Counted from the first letter of the stretch, positions 1-10,940 are shown. The stretch: 64,000 bases of DNA from an uncultured Mycoplasmatota bacterium (GCA_900546745.1 URDT01000001.1:5799-69798), one strand, 5' to 3'. Translations and numbers: made by a program. Notes: generated by a model from the sequence alone, not told the origin.

Positions 1-61
1 CCAATAGAAAATCGAAAAGCAAAAGAGTTTTCTGAATACTATGATATGATATGGAAGGATA

Positions 62-853
62 TTGATTTTCATGTATAGTAGAGAACATAAACAATTTTTA
101 AAAAAAATTAAAAGAGAAAAATTAATTGTTAGATCTATTCAGATTTTAATATTGCTTTTATTTCTATTTTTATGGCAATTAGCAGCTAGTAAAGGTTGGA
201 TTAATTCATTTATCACATCGAGTCCTAAAGAGGTTATAAACACCTTAATAAAGCTTAGTAATGATAACCTTTTTGAACATATTTGGGTTACAATTTATGA
301 AACATTTATTAGTTTTGGTCTTGGAACAATAATTGGTATTTTTATAGCAACAATTTTATGGTGGAATCATTATTTATTTAAAATTTTTGATCCTTATTTA
401 ACGATTTTAAATAGCTTACCTAAAGTTGCCCTAGGTCCTATTATTATCATTTGGTGTGGTTCTGGGATAAAATCTATAATTATTATGGCTTTGTTAATTT
501 CTGTTATTATTACAATTATTAATATATCTGTTTGTTTTAACAGTGTTGATTCTAATAAGATAAAATTATTAAAATCATTTCAAGCTACTAAAAATCAATT
601 ATTTTTTAAACTAATCTTCCCAAGTTCTATTACGAGTATTGTAAGCAGTTTAAAAATCAATATTAGTATGTCGTTAATAGGTGTTATTATGGGAGAATTT
701 TTAGTTTCTAAAAAAGGAATAGGATATTTAATATTATATGGTTCTCAAATTTTTAATTTAAATCTTGTTATGACTGGAATAATAGTTTTGTGTATTGTAG
801 CAGCATTAATGTACTATATTGTTTTATATCTTGAAAAAAAGCTAAACAAATAA
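62..853 (+). CDS. ABC transporter permease (NitT/TauT-type)
   Basis: 263-aa ORF with multiple hydrophobic helices and a permease-like EAA-type region. It sits next to an NMT1/SsuA-like binding-protein gene. Confidence 0.6.
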   Translation: MIFMYSREHKQFLKKIKREKLIVRSIQILILLLFLFLWQLAASKGWINSFITSSPKEVINTLIKLSNDNLFEHIWVTIYETFISFGLGTIIGIFIATILWWNHYLFKIFDPYLTILNSLPKVALGPIIIIWCGSGIKSIIIMALLISVIITIINISVCFNSVDSNKIKLLKSFQATKNQLFFKLIFPSSITSIVSSLKINISMSLIGVIMGEFLVSKKGIGYLILYGSQIFNLNLVMTGIIVLCIVAALMYYIVLYLEKKLNK

Positions 854-1016
854 AATTTAATCTGAATATTGATAAAGATATTGATTAATTTTTTAAAGTG
901 TTACGATTGATATATCATAGAAATTTTATTCATAAGAAAACCTCTAGAAAAAATCTAGAGGTTTGTCTATAGTTTGGAAAAAATCGGTTTCTAATTAAAA
1001 CCGATTTTTATAATTT

Positions 1017-2003
1017 TTATTTAGCAAATTTAGTAGTAACTAATTTATCATAAGGTGCTCTTTTTTCTAATTCATTTGCATTTTCAACAATATCCTGGAT
1101 ATGTTCAAAATCTTTTTCTTCAATATATGTATTATCAAACCATGCATCAATATTCATATAATTTTGAACCATTACTTCAAGATCATTAATAGATGAATCT
1201 GGAAAATAAGTTGAGATGTTTTCAGCTACTTCTTTGGCTGTATGATTGTGAGTATATTCTAAAGCCTTATTAATAGCATTTGAAAATCCTTTCATTACAT
1301 CTTCATTTTCTTCTATGTAGCTTTTACGAGCATTATAAGCTGTATAAGGAACAACTCCTCCTAATTCTCCTACAGATGCTACAATATGACCATATCCTTG
1401 CTTTACTAGATTTGTAGCTGTTGGCTCAAATAAAGCAACAAAGTCTCCATCTCCACCTATAAAAGCACCACTTGTAGCAGAAAAATCATAACTTGTATCA
1501 AAATTTAATTTTGAGGTATTTAGTCCACCTTGATTAATGGCATATTCTAGTGTCATGGCAGGCATTCCTGCTTTTCTTCCTGCAATAATATGTTTTCCTT
1601 TCAAATCTTCTATACTAAAATTTTTAATTTCATCTCGTCCAACTAGAAAACTTCCATCTTTTTTTGTTAAACCAGCAAAATTCACTAAATAATCTTTTTC
1701 TCCATTATTATAAACATAAATGGTAGCTTCACTTCCACAAAAACCAATTTGAACATCTCCAGATAGAACAGCAGCAGTAACCTTATCTGCTCCTGGAGTT
1801 AAAATAAATTCTACGTCTAATCCTTCTTCTTTAAAATAACCTAAAGAATCTGCTAAATATTGCGGAGCATAAAAAATAGAATGTGTAACCTCTGCCACTT
1901 TAATTTCTTTTAGATCTGTTTTATTATCTTGTTTAAAAATAATGATAATTGACAAAACGGCAATTAAAACTAAACAGATAATTGAAATAAATATTCTTTT
2001 CAA
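1017..2003 (-). CDS. ABC transporter substrate-binding protein (NMT1/SsuA-like), probable lipoprotein
   Basis: N-terminal signal/TM segment followed by a periplasmic-binding-like fold sequence. Convergent with the permease gene. Confidence 0.6.
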   Translation of the reverse strand: MKRIFISIICLVLIAVLSIIIIFKQDNKTDLKEIKVAEVTHSIFYAPQYLADSLGYFKEEGLDVEFILTPGADKVTAAVLSGDVQIGFCGSEATIYVYNNGEKDYLVNFAGLTKKDGSFLVGRDEIKNFSIEDLKGKHIIAGRKAGMPAMTLEYAINQGGLNTSKLNFDTSYDFSATSGAFIGGDGDFVALFEPTATNLVKQGYGHIVASVGELGGVVPYTAYNARKSYIEENEDVMKGFSNAINKALEYTHNHTAKEVAENISTYFPDSSINDLEVMVQNYMNIDAWFDNTYIEEKDFEHIQDIVENANELEKRAPYDKLVTTKFAK

Positions 2004-2132
2004 AATAAATCCCCTTCCTTTTCACTTTTTATTATATTCATAAAAAATAATGTGGTGTCATTATATTTATTTTATAAAAAGAGTTGACATTAAAAAATAT
2101 TATATGATATAATTAACTTGTTCATTTGTTAT

Positions 2133-2209
2133 GGGGAATTAGCTCAGCTGGCTAGAGCGCCACGTTTGCACCGTGGAGGTCAAGGGTTCGAATCCCTTAT
2201 TCTCCACCA
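2133..2209 (+). tRNA. tRNA-Ala (anticodon TGC)
   Basis: Cloverleaf folded by hand: acceptor ggggaat/attctcc with the G3-U70 Ala identity pair, anticodon loop tttgcac, T-loop ttcgaat, 3' CCA. Confidence 0.9.
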
Positions 2210-2210
2210 G

Positions 2211-2247
2211 ATTGAATTTTAACCTTTGTTTTTCAAAGGTTTTTTTA
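2211..2247 (+). terminator. Rho-independent terminator after tRNA-Ala
   Basis: Hairpin aacctttg...caaaggtt followed by a T-run. Confidence 0.5.
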
Positions 2248-2294
2248 GTTTATTATGAAATCAAAATATACAACATAGGAATTGCATAATTTTT

Positions 2295-2837
2295 GTGATA
2301 TACTTGAAATGTGGAGGTGCGATTATGGAAAATTATGAAGCAGAATTTTATCAACTTGAATTAGTGTACAATAAAATTTGTAATGCAAATAAAAGTATTT
2401 TATCAATAGAAGAACTAAGAAAAATGGTTGAAACTTTATCTAAAAATACACCATGGAATATGAAGTCCTATAGTGAATGTTTGTATAGATTGAATGACTC
2501 ATTTTCCAAATTAGATCAAGATGTGAGAAGCTCAAAAGATATGGAAAGTATTTTAGAATTAAATCAAAATTTTCTTAATCAAGCAAAACATATTTGTCAA
2601 CAATATATTGAACCTTTAAAAATACAAAGATATAACTCTACTAAATATACTACACAATATAGAAAAGAACATTATAAACAATTAAATGTAGATTTATTAC
2701 CTGAAGATAAAGATGCTTTTGTGGAAGCTGTAGAATATAATGGAAAAAAAATAAAGCAAGTTTTGCGAGAATTTATTTTAAATTATATTTCTGAAACAAA
2801 TAAAAAGAAAGAGCAGGATAATAATAACAATACCTAG
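2295..2837 (+). CDS. Hypothetical protein
   Basis: ORF only. The likely start is the internal ATG at 2325 (MENYEAEF...). Confidence 0.3.
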   Translation: MIYLKCGGAIMENYEAEFYQLELVYNKICNANKSILSIEELRKMVETLSKNTPWNMKSYSECLYRLNDSFSKLDQDVRSSKDMESILELNQNFLNQAKHICQQYIEPLKIQRYNSTKYTTQYRKEHYKQLNVDLLPEDKDAFVEAVEYNGKKIKQVLREFILNYISETNKKKEQDNNNNT

Positions 2838-3141
2838 GTAATAAGAATAGGCATTGTAACGAAGCTTTTAAAAATTTAAAATACCAATTATAATAATAAA
2901 ATTAACATTTAAATTGTTTTACATTGACAAAAACTAGGTAATAATGTTATACTGCCATTGTAGAGGAGATGATAATATAGAAAAGACAAAGAACAGAATA
3001 AAAAAAGATAGGTAGCATTCCGGCAAGAATCTTCTACCTATCAACTATTGAAATCCATTGAAAAATGAATTCTTACGTATTATAACAAAATATATCTCAT
3101 TTTTCAAGCAATTTCAATTAATTCAAGAAAGGTGAGAATTT

Positions 3142-3807
3142 ATGAGTTCAAGGAAAAATAATCAAATTATACAAGTAAAAATAAATTCAAATAATGAATT
3201 AACAGTAAGCAGTAGAGAACTATATAAAGGATTACAAATCGTGATTCCTTATCAAAAATGGTTACGTAAAGTATGTAGCTACGGTTATATTCAAAACCGA
3301 GATTATTATGAGTCACATTCACAGATTAAAGAAAAAAATTATATTATTTCTTTTGATATGGCAAAAGAAGTTGCATTACTAGAAAAAAATAAAAAATCTA
3401 TGCAAATAAGAAATTATCTAATTGAAGTTGCAAAAATAAATAAACAAATTTATAAATTAGATAAAGAAGCAAAAAATAAAATATTATTTGCTGATTGTAT
3501 TTCGTTATCTTGTACTGGAATTTTTATTGGAGATATGGCAAAACTACTTCGACAAACTGGAATAAATATAGGAAGAAATAGATTATTTAAATGGTTAAGA
3601 AAAAATAACTATTTAATAGAGAGTGGATATCAAAGAAATATGCCAACACAATATTCTATAGAAAAAAATCTATTAAAAATCACTGAGAGAGCAATTTGTT
3701 GTTCAAACGGTCAAATCTATATTAAAAAAATACCAACAATAACAGGAAAAGGACAAATCTATTTTGTGAATCTATTTTTATCTCTAAATTTAAAAAATAA
3801 AAGTTGA
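3142..3807 (+). CDS. Phage antirepressor (Bro-N-like N-terminus, KilA-C C-terminal domain)
   Basis: C-terminal ...MAKLLRQTGINIGRNRLFKWLRKNNYL...ITGKGQIYF matches the KilAC pattern. The N-terminal TVSSRELYKGLQI is Bro-N/Rha-like. Confidence 0.55.
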   Translation: MSSRKNNQIIQVKINSNNELTVSSRELYKGLQIVIPYQKWLRKVCSYGYIQNRDYYESHSQIKEKNYIISFDMAKEVALLEKNKKSMQIRNYLIEVAKINKQIYKLDKEAKNKILFADCISLSCTGIFIGDMAKLLRQTGINIGRNRLFKWLRKNNYLIESGYQRNMPTQYSIEKNLLKITERAICCSNGQIYIKKIPTITGKGQIYFVNLFLSLNLKNKS

Positions 3808-3887
3808 AACTTTACCAATATTAGTTTATACTTATACTGTATTTTTAACTGAAATAGGAAGGAATGATCCTAGTGGAAAAATTAATA

Positions 3888-5051
3888 ATGATTAAATATG
3901 GAGAGTTAACAACAAAGAAAGCAAATCGTAATTTTTTTATTAACACTTTAACAAAAAATATTCAAAATATTTTAAAAAATAATCAAGTTATAATAAAAAA
4001 AGATCGTGTAAGAATGTATATTGAATGTGATCAAAAAGAATTAGAAGAAGTAGAAAAAAAATTACAGAAAGTATTCGGAATTCACGGTATAGTAATTGCT
4101 GATAAGGTAAATACTAATGTTGAAGAAATACAAAAAATTTCTTTAGAAAAAATTAAAAAAATGCCTGGTCATACATTTAAAGTAGAAACCAAGCGTGCTG
4201 ACAAATCATTTCCAATTCATAGTATGGATTTTAATAATCAAATTGGTGGTTTTATTTTAAAGAATACTGATTTAAAAGTTGATGTCCATCATCCTGATAT
4301 TTTTCTTCATATAGAGATCAGACATGAAGGAACATTTATTTATACAAATGAAATCAAAGGAATTGGTGGTTATCCTGTTGGTATTCAAGGAAAAGGTCTT
4401 TTAATGTTATCTGGTGGTATTGATAGTCCGGTTGCTGGATATTTAGCTTTAAAAAGAGGTGTGGATTTGGAATGCTTATATTTTGAATCTCCTCCACACA
4501 CTAGTTTAGAAGCTAAAAATAAAGTAATTAAGTTAGCGAATATTATCAATGAATACTCTGGGAACATAAAAGTAAATGTTGTTCCTTTTACTAAAATACA
4601 AGAAGCAATCTATAAAAATGTACCAGACAGTTATATTATTACCATTATGAGAAGAATGATGTACCGAATTGCTGAGAGAATTTGTCAAAAACATAAACTT
4701 AAAGTAATTATAAATGGAGAATCTATTGGACAAGTTGCTAGCCAAACTTTAACAAGTATGATTGCAATTAATAATGTAACAAACTTACCTGTAATTCGTC
4801 CAGTTGCTTGTATGGACAAATTAGAAATTATTGATATTGCGAATAAAATTAAAACTTATGAAACAAGTATTTTACCTTATGAAGATTGTTGTACTATATT
4901 TTTACCAAAGCATCCAGTCATCAATCCAGACTTAAAAAAATGTATTCAATATGAAAATACTTTTGATTATGAATCATTAATTGAAGAATGTATAAATAAT
5001 ATAGAAACGATTCAAAATTTAAACTCAAATGAATTTGAAGAATTGTTATAA
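3888..5051 (+). CDS. thiI: tRNA 4-thiouridine(8) synthase ThiI
   Basis: THUMP-like N-terminus and PP-loop motif LLMLSGGIDSPVAGY. ATG at 3888 (MIKYGELTTK) matches the typical ThiI start. Confidence 0.85.
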   Translation: MIKYGELTTKKANRNFFINTLTKNIQNILKNNQVIIKKDRVRMYIECDQKELEEVEKKLQKVFGIHGIVIADKVNTNVEEIQKISLEKIKKMPGHTFKVETKRADKSFPIHSMDFNNQIGGFILKNTDLKVDVHHPDIFLHIEIRHEGTFIYTNEIKGIGGYPVGIQGKGLLMLSGGIDSPVAGYLALKRGVDLECLYFESPPHTSLEAKNKVIKLANIINEYSGNIKVNVVPFTKIQEAIYKNVPDSYIITIMRRMMYRIAERICQKHKLKVIINGESIGQVASQTLTSMIAINNVTNLPVIRPVACMDKLEIIDIANKIKTYETSILPYEDCCTIFLPKHPVINPDLKKCIQYENTFDYESLIEECINNIETIQNLNSNEFEELL

Positions 5052-5121
5052 ATTACCAATTAAAAAAATGTATTAAAAAATGCATCCCGTACAAGATATA
5101 AATGTACGGGAGGTGAATACA

Positions 5122-5331
5122 ATGAATAATAAAAATACAAGTAGATTATACGTACCAGGTGCTAAACAAGCTATCGAAAAAATGAAATATGAAATAGCTA
5201 ATGAATTAGGTGTTAATATGGGACCTGATGCTACAAGTAGAGCTAACGGATCAGTTGGTGGAGAAATCACTAAAAGATTAGTTCAAATGGGTGAACAACA
5301 CATTAGTGGTTCTAATTACCAAGCTAAATAG
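5122..5331 (+). CDS. Small acid-soluble spore protein, alpha/beta type
   Basis: Signature [10 protein letters not shown]...[20 protein letters not shown] gggaggtga upstream of the ATG at 5122. Confidence 0.85.
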   Translation: MNNKNTSRLYVPGAKQAIEKMKYEIANELGVNMGPDATSRANGSVGGEITKRLVQMGEQHISGSNYQAK

Positions 5332-5339
5332 TTATTTTA

Positions 5340-5375
5340 AAGAAACAGTATAGCTGTTTCTTTCCTTTTTTTTAC
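5340..5375 (+). terminator. Rho-independent terminator after first SASP gene
   Basis: Hairpin aaagaaacag-tata-gctgtttcttt plus a T-run. Confidence 0.55.
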
Positions 5376-5428
5376 ATTCATAATTATTATATAAGTACTC
5401 ACAATAATAATGTAAGGCGGTGAGATTT

Positions 5429-5611
5429 ATGAATCAAAAATTAGTAGCTCCATCTTCTAAAAAAATTCTTGAAAACATGAACTACGAAATAGCCAGAGAA
5501 TTAGGTGTTACACTTGGCGCTGATACTACAGCACGTATGAATGGATCAGTTGGTGGAGAAATGACCAAAAGATTAGTAGAACTTGGAAAACAAACAATGA
5601 CACAAAAATAG
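5429..5611 (+). CDS. Small acid-soluble spore protein, alpha/beta type (second copy)
   Basis: [10 protein letters not shown]...[20 protein letters not shown] at 5429 with an RBS. Confidence 0.85.
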   Translation: MNQKLVAPSSKKILENMNYEIARELGVTLGADTTARMNGSVGGEMTKRLVELGKQTMTQK

Positions 5612-5676
5612 TATTTTGAATACTATTTTTTTTAAATAATAAATGTTATAATCTATATATAATAAGGAGGGATAAC

Positions 5677-7899
5677 ATGAATGTTTGGCGTAATTTTAAA
5701 GGAGATAATTGGAAAGAGGATATTAATGTAGAGGATTTTATTATCAATAATTATCATGAGTATAAAGGATCTGAAAAATTTTTAGAAATAAAAACAGAAA
5801 AAACTAATAAAGTTTGGGAAAAATGCTTAAAATTACTAGAGCAAGAAAGAGAAAAAGGTGTTTTAGATATTGAAACAAAGAAAGTCTCAGGTATTACTAA
5901 TTTTGAACCAGGTTATGTAGATTTAGAAAATGAAGTGATTGTTGGTCTTCAAACAGATAAACCATTAAAAAGAATGATTAATCCATTTGGAGGAATTCGT
6001 ATGGTCTATAAATCGTTAGAAGCTTATCATTATACCTTAGATGAAGAAATAGCCAAACATTTTTCTAGTTATCGTAAAACCCATAACGAAGGTGTTTTTG
6101 ATGCTTATACAAAAGAAATTAGAAAATGTAGGAGTGCTGGATTATTAACAGGTCTTCCTGATGCCTATGGTAGAGGAAGAATTATTGGTGATTATAGAAG
6201 AGTAGCACTATATGGAATTGATATTTTACTAGCTAAAAAATTAGATGATTTAGATCATATAACAAAAATAAACGAAGAAAACATTAGACTTAGAGAAGAA
6301 GTAAATGAACAAATAAGAGCGTTGAATGACATTAAGAAAATGGCTTTAAGTTACGGTTTTGATATTAGTAATCCTGCAACAAATGCCAAAGAAGCTATTC
6401 AATGGTTATACTTTGGTTATTTAGCAGCAGTGAAAGAAAATAATGGTGCTGCTATGAGTTTAGGAAGAACTTCTACATTCATAGATATATATATAGAAAG
6501 AGATTTAGAAGAAGGAACAATAAATGAAAAAGAGGCACAAGAATTAATTGACCAATTTATCATTAAACTAAGATTAGTAAGACATCTTCGTACCCCAGAA
6601 TATGAAGAATTATTTGCTGGTGATCCAACTTGGGTAACAGAAAGTATTGGTGGTATGACATTAGATGGTAGAAGCTTAGTAACAAAGACATCTTTCCGTT
6701 ATTTACATACTTTAATGAATTTAGGACCAAGTCCAGAACCTAATATGACTATTTTATGGAGTGAAAATCTTCCAGATAATTTTAAAAAATATTGTACAGA
6801 AATCTCTATAAAAACAGACGCTATTCAATATGAAAATGACGATGTTATGCGACCTATTTATGGAGACGACTATGGAATTGCTTGTTGTGTTTCAGCTATG
6901 AAATTAGGTCATCAAATGCAATTTTTTGGAGCTAGATGTAATTTAGCAAAAGCACTTTTATATGCTATTAATGGTGGATATGATGAAAAATCAAAAGAAC
7001 TTGTAATAGAAGGCTTTGAAAAAATAGAAGATGAAGTACTAGATTTTGAAAAAGTAAAATCAACCTATTATAAAATGCTAGAAAAAGTTGTTCAGGTATA
7101 TGTAGATGCAATGAATATTATTCACTATATGCATGATAAATATGCTTACGAAAAATCTCAAATGGCTTTACATGATACAGAAGTAGAGCGATTAATGGCA
7201 TTTGGTGTAGCTGGTTTATCCGTTGCAACTGACTCTTTATCAGCTATTAAATACTCCAAAGTTATCCCAATTCGAGACGAAAATGGAATAGCAATTGATT
7301 TTAAAATTGAAGGTGATTATCCACAGTATGGAAATGATGATAATCGAGTAGATGATATTGCTGTTAATTTATTGATGAAATTTTCAAATGAATTAAAAAA
7401 ACATCCATTATATCGAGGAGCAAAACATACTTTATCGGTTTTAACAATTACTTCTAATGTTGTTTATGGAAAGAAAACAGGATCTACTCCAGATGGAAGA
7501 AAAGCAGGAATTCCTTTTGCTCCAGGTGCTAATCCAATGCATGGCAGAGACCATAGTGGTGCTTTAGCTAGTCTTAATTCGGTAGCTAAAATACCATATT
7601 TTGAAGTGTGTCAAGATGGTATTTCTAATACATTTTCTATTACGCCAGACGCTTTAGGTCATACAAATGAGGATAGAATTGATAATTTAGTAGATATATT
7701 AGATGGCTATTTCAGAAAAGGAGCTCAACACATTAATGTAAATGTTTTAAATAAAGAGTTATTAATTGATGCCATGAATAATCCTTGGAAATATCCTACA
7801 CTAACAATTCGGGTTTCTGGATATGCCGTTAATTTTAATCGTTTGAGCAAAGAACAACAACAAGAAGTAATTAATCGAACATTCCATAATAAATTATGA
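5677..7899 (+). CDS. pflB: Formate C-acetyltransferase (pyruvate formate-lyase)
   Basis: 740 aa with the glycyl-radical C-terminus ...[12 protein letters not shown] and the active-site region IACCVSAM. Confidence 0.9.
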   Translation: MNVWRNFKGDNWKEDINVEDFIINNYHEYKGSEKFLEIKTEKTNKVWEKCLKLLEQEREKGVLDIETKKVSGITNFEPGYVDLENEVIVGLQTDKPLKRMINPFGGIRMVYKSLEAYHYTLDEEIAKHFSSYRKTHNEGVFDAYTKEIRKCRSAGLLTGLPDAYGRGRIIGDYRRVALYGIDILLAKKLDDLDHITKINEENIRLREEVNEQIRALNDIKKMALSYGFDISNPATNAKEAIQWLYFGYLAAVKENNGAAMSLGRTSTFIDIYIERDLEEGTINEKEAQELIDQFIIKLRLVRHLRTPEYEELFAGDPTWVTESIGGMTLDGRSLVTKTSFRYLHTLMNLGPSPEPNMTILWSENLPDNFKKYCTEISIKTDAIQYENDDVMRPIYGDDYGIACCVSAMKLGHQMQFFGARCNLAKALLYAINGGYDEKSKELVIEGFEKIEDEVLDFEKVKSTYYKMLEKVVQVYVDAMNIIHYMHDKYAYEKSQMALHDTEVERLMAFGVAGLSVATDSLSAIKYSKVIPIRDENGIAIDFKIEGDYPQYGNDDNRVDDIAVNLLMKFSNELKKHPLYRGAKHTLSVLTITSNVVYGKKTGSTPDGRKAGIPFAPGANPMHGRDHSGALASLNSVAKIPYFEVCQDGISNTFSITPDALGHTNEDRIDNLVDILDGYFRKGAQHINVNVLNKELLIDAMNNPWKYPTLTIRVSGYAVNFNRLSKEQQQEVINRTFHNKL

Positions 7900-8594
7900 T
7901 TGGAAATATTTCATCAATTGATACTATGGGACTAGTAGATGGCCCTGGAATTCGTGTGGTTGTCTTTTTACAAGGATGTAGTTTAAGATGTAAATTTTGC
8001 CATAATCCAGAGACTTGGAATGATCGACAAAAGAAAAAAACATATACTCCAGAAGAATTAGTAAAATTTATTTTAAATTATAAAGAATATTTCAAGAAAA
8101 AAGGTGGTGTTACATTTTCAGGTGGTGAGCCATTAAAACAACCTGAGTTTTTATTAGAATGCTTAAAACTATGTAAAAAACATGACATTCATACTTGTAT
8201 TGATACTGCCGGATATGCTTTTGATTATGAAGAAATATTGGATTATACGGATTTAGTTTTGTTTGATATTAAAGAAATCGACTCTGAACGATATCAAAAA
8301 TTAACAGGTAGAAAAATTGATTTATCATTAAAATTTTTAGAGACATGTCAAGGAAAAAATGTGAAAATGTGGATACGTCAAGTAATTGTTCCAGGCTATA
8401 ATGATAATATTACTTATATCAATAACTTGAAAAAATTTATAAAACCACTTAAAAATATTGGAAAAGTAGAATTACTTCCTTATCATACAATGGGAATAGA
8501 AAAGTATAAAATGTTAAACATTCCTTATCCATTAGAGAATGTTCCAGATATGGATTTAGAAAAATGTAAGGAATTAGAGAAATTATTAAAATGA
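7896..8594 (+). CDS. pflA: Pyruvate formate-lyase activating enzyme
   Basis: Radical-SAM CxxxCxxC ([14 protein letters not shown]). Overlaps the pflB stop. Confidence 0.9.
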   Translation: MIGNISSIDTMGLVDGPGIRVVVFLQGCSLRCKFCHNPETWNDRQKKKTYTPEELVKFILNYKEYFKKKGGVTFSGGEPLKQPEFLLECLKLCKKHDIHTCIDTAGYAFDYEEILDYTDLVLFDIKEIDSERYQKLTGRKIDLSLKFLETCQGKNVKMWIRQVIVPGYNDNITYINNLKKFIKPLKNIGKVELLPYHTMGIEKYKMLNIPYPLENVPDMDLEKCKELEKLLK

Positions 8595-8620
8595 GGATTA
8601 TTCATCCTCATTTTTTGTTT
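8591..8620 (+). terminator. Terminator after pflA (bidirectional)
   Basis: Hairpin aatgaggat-tattc-atcctcatt plus T-run. It lies between convergent genes. Confidence 0.5.
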
Positions 8621-8810
8621 TTAAAAAATTTACAATGTCATTATCGGGTATATTTAAAATTTTAATAATTTTTTTTAGTGTATTAATTCTAGTAGCCTCT
8701 TCATTTTTTTCAATTCTTTGCAATTGACGAGTGCTTATTTCTAGTTTTTCAGCTAGTTCTTCTTGTGTTAAGTTCATTTTTATTCTATTTTCTTTAATCA
8801 CACCAATCAC
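8598..8810 (-). CDS. XRE-family HTH transcriptional regulator
   Basis: MNLTQEELAEKLEISTRQLQRIEKNE is a classic HTH_3. Divergent from the small peptide gene. Confidence 0.6.
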   Translation of the reverse strand: MIGVIKENRIKMNLTQEELAEKLEISTRQLQRIEKNEEATRINTLKKIIKILNIPDNDIVNFLKTKNEDE

Positions 8811-8861
8811 CTAGACAAATTATGTCATATTTAATTGTCGTAAAACACGGTATTTTGTGTC

Positions 8862-8890
8862 GTTTTATATTGACATAAAATGTCGTGCTT
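8862..8890 (+). promoter_or_regulatory. Consensus sigma-A-type promoter (TTGACA-17-TATAAT) with flanking tgtcgt operator-like repeats
   Basis: ttgacat-17 nt-tataat read directly. tgtcgt is repeated three times in the divergent intergenic region. Confidence 0.5.
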
Positions 8891-8959
8891 ATTATAATGA
8901 TAGTGTAAATAAGTTTTGAAGGTGGTGATAGTATGAAAGAAGCTACAGGAGAGGCAAAT

Positions 8960-9133
8960 ATGACTGTTGTAACAATTATTTTAATTGCTGCTATTGTTAC
9001 AATAGCAACCCCACTTGTTAAAAATATGATGGACAAAACAGAAGATAAAGCTTGTTGTATGAATAATGGTGGATATTGGAAAGGCGATTCCTGTGTAAAT
9101 AATGATGGTGAATTAGTCAGCACAGATTGTTAA
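8960..9133 (+). CDS. Small membrane-anchored Cys-rich peptide (57 aa)
   Basis: RBS ggagagg 7 nt upstream. N-terminal hydrophobic helix then ...DKACCMNNGGYWKGDSCVNNDGELVSTDC with 4 Cys. Confidence 0.4.
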   Translation: MTVVTIILIAAIVTIATPLVKNMMDKTEDKACCMNNGGYWKGDSCVNNDGELVSTDC

Positions 9134-9239
9134 TACTAAAAATATATCCTTACAATAATTTTATTTACAAATCTATAGTATTAACAATAATTTAAGATTT
9201 TATTTACAGAAAAATAGTTAGTTGAAAACTAACTATTTT

Positions 9240-9617
9240 TTATAAAGAAGGATTTTCAACCGATGTGATAATAGAATACTGTCCGCTTTCAACAACAACA
9301 TAAAGGACAATAATTGCCGCTAAAACAGAAAGGTCAGAAGCTGTTATTTGTAAATTGAGAAAAGTGACATCTTCTCCCTTTTTTTGTGCTCTATTTTTAT
9401 CTTCAAAATTAATGTATAAAAATACAAGAGATAAAAAAAGTACAATAATTCGATTTAGTATAGAAACATAATAGGAATTTTTACTAGAAATAATAGGTTT
9501 CTTTGTAAGTAGTTCTGTTTTACTATTGTAAGTTAAAAATAAAGATATTAATAAGCTTAATATATAACCTATAGTAGCAATCATTTGAATATCAAGAGAT
9601 TTTATTTTTTCATTCAT
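9240..9617 (-). CDS. Hypothetical integral membrane protein
   Basis: 125 aa with 3-4 hydrophobic helices. Confidence 0.4.
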   Translation of the reverse strand: MNEKIKSLDIQMIATIGYILSLLISLFLTYNSKTELLTKKPIISSKNSYYVSILNRIIVLFLSLVFLYINFEDKNRAQKKGEDVTFLNLQITASDLSVLAAIIVLYVVVESGQYSIITSVENPSL

Positions 9618-10794
9618 GGAATTGTTCTCTAATTAGTTGTATTTCCTTTAATTCACTAACAGTTACACATTGAAATCCTTTCTCTTGTATAATATCAACA
9701 ATTTTGGGTAAGGATTCTAATGTTTGTTTATGGGTATCATGCATTAATATGATATTACCATCTTTTAATTTTTTTGTGGCATTGTTCACAATTCTATTTA
9801 CATTTTTATATTTCCAATCTAAGGTATCTACATTCCAAAGAACAACATTTAAAGAAGAAATGCTTTTTATAAAACTATTAACAGAACCATAGGTAGGTCT
9901 TAATAACTTTGGTGTATAACCTGTATATTCTTTTATAATTTGTTGCGTTTTATTAATTTGTTCCATAATTTCATCTGGTTTGAGTTTTATAAGCCATTTG
10001 TGATTATAAGAATGATTTCCTATTTCATTTCCATATTCTAGGCTTTTTTTTAAAATGTCAGAATAGTTACTTACCTTATTTCCAAGTACAAAAAATGTAG
10101 CATTACAATTTTTTTCATGTAATATATCAATAATTTTTTCTGTATATTGACTAGGGCCATCATCAAAAGTTAAAGCAACTACTTTTTGATTAGGATCAAT
10201 AACTCTTTCAGGAATAGAAACAGAAACTGTTTTATCTTGTATAATAGGGGATAGTTTAATTTTTAAATCTAAATCCGAAAGAGGAATAGTAACTGTTTCA
10301 ACTTCATTTTTATCTTTTATAAAAATGACTAAATTTTCTCGATCAAAAATAAAAGAATAATCCATTTTTTTTTGAAATTTTTCTTCTATAATAGATTCAA
10401 TAATATCATTATCCGCTACTATATCATTGATCTGAACTTCTTTTTTCTTATTTGTATCATATAAAAAAGTTTTAACAGAATTATTAATGTCATTATGATT
10501 GTTCTTATAAATATATAAAGCTACACAGATATAATGATCTATATAATGAAATGTATAATCAATATTTAATTCATTTTTGTCATTATCTTTATTGGAATCG
10601 TTAACAAAATTAGAATAAATAAAATCTACTTCTTTTTTTATTTTTGAATCAATCTTTGTATTTGTAATAGGATAGTTAATAGCAACAATATAATTATCAG
10701 TTTCTTCTATAATAGTTCCAATTTCTCCATTTGTTTTATGAGAACACCCACAAAAAATAATACAAAAAATGAATAATAATAATTTTTTTCTCAT
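9610..10794 (-). CDS. Polysaccharide deacetylase (NodB domain) lipoprotein
   Basis: Lipobox ...FCGCS, then the NodB motifs TFDDGP and HSYNH. Confidence 0.75.
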   Translation of the reverse strand: MRKKLLLFIFCIIFCGCSHKTNGEIGTIIEETDNYIVAINYPITNTKIDSKIKKEVDFIYSNFVNDSNKDNDKNELNIDYTFHYIDHYICVALYIYKNNHNDINNSVKTFLYDTNKKKEVQINDIVADNDIIESIIEEKFQKKMDYSFIFDRENLVIFIKDKNEVETVTIPLSDLDLKIKLSPIIQDKTVSVSIPERVIDPNQKVVALTFDDGPSQYTEKIIDILHEKNCNATFFVLGNKVSNYSDILKKSLEYGNEIGNHSYNHKWLIKLKPDEIMEQINKTQQIIKEYTGYTPKLLRPTYGSVNSFIKSISSLNVVLWNVDTLDWKYKNVNRIVNNATKKLKDGNIILMHDTHKQTLESLPKIVDIIQEKGFQCVTVSELKEIQLIREQFHE

Positions 10795-10940
10795 ACTTTC
10801 ACCTATTCAATTATATTCAAAATAAATATTAATATTAAATGTGCTTTTTTTTTTGAAAAGTCTTGATTTGCCTACAAAAAAATGATATTCTTTAAGTGTA
10901 AGCAAGATAGTTGCTTAAGACAACGAGGAGGTTATTTGAA

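Noticed and set aside
4385-4745. Short minus-strand ORFs inside thiI (4385-4567, 4533-4745), and similar antisense ORFs inside hup, res, recA, rny, ponA, mod and others (e.g. 10964-11179, 17286-17501, 20052-20234, 20607-20789, 24580-24789, 29430-29624, 30364-30627, 5073-5270)
   Set aside because: They are fully embedded antisense in well-supported conserved genes, have no RBS and have biased low-complexity composition. They are chance ORFs.
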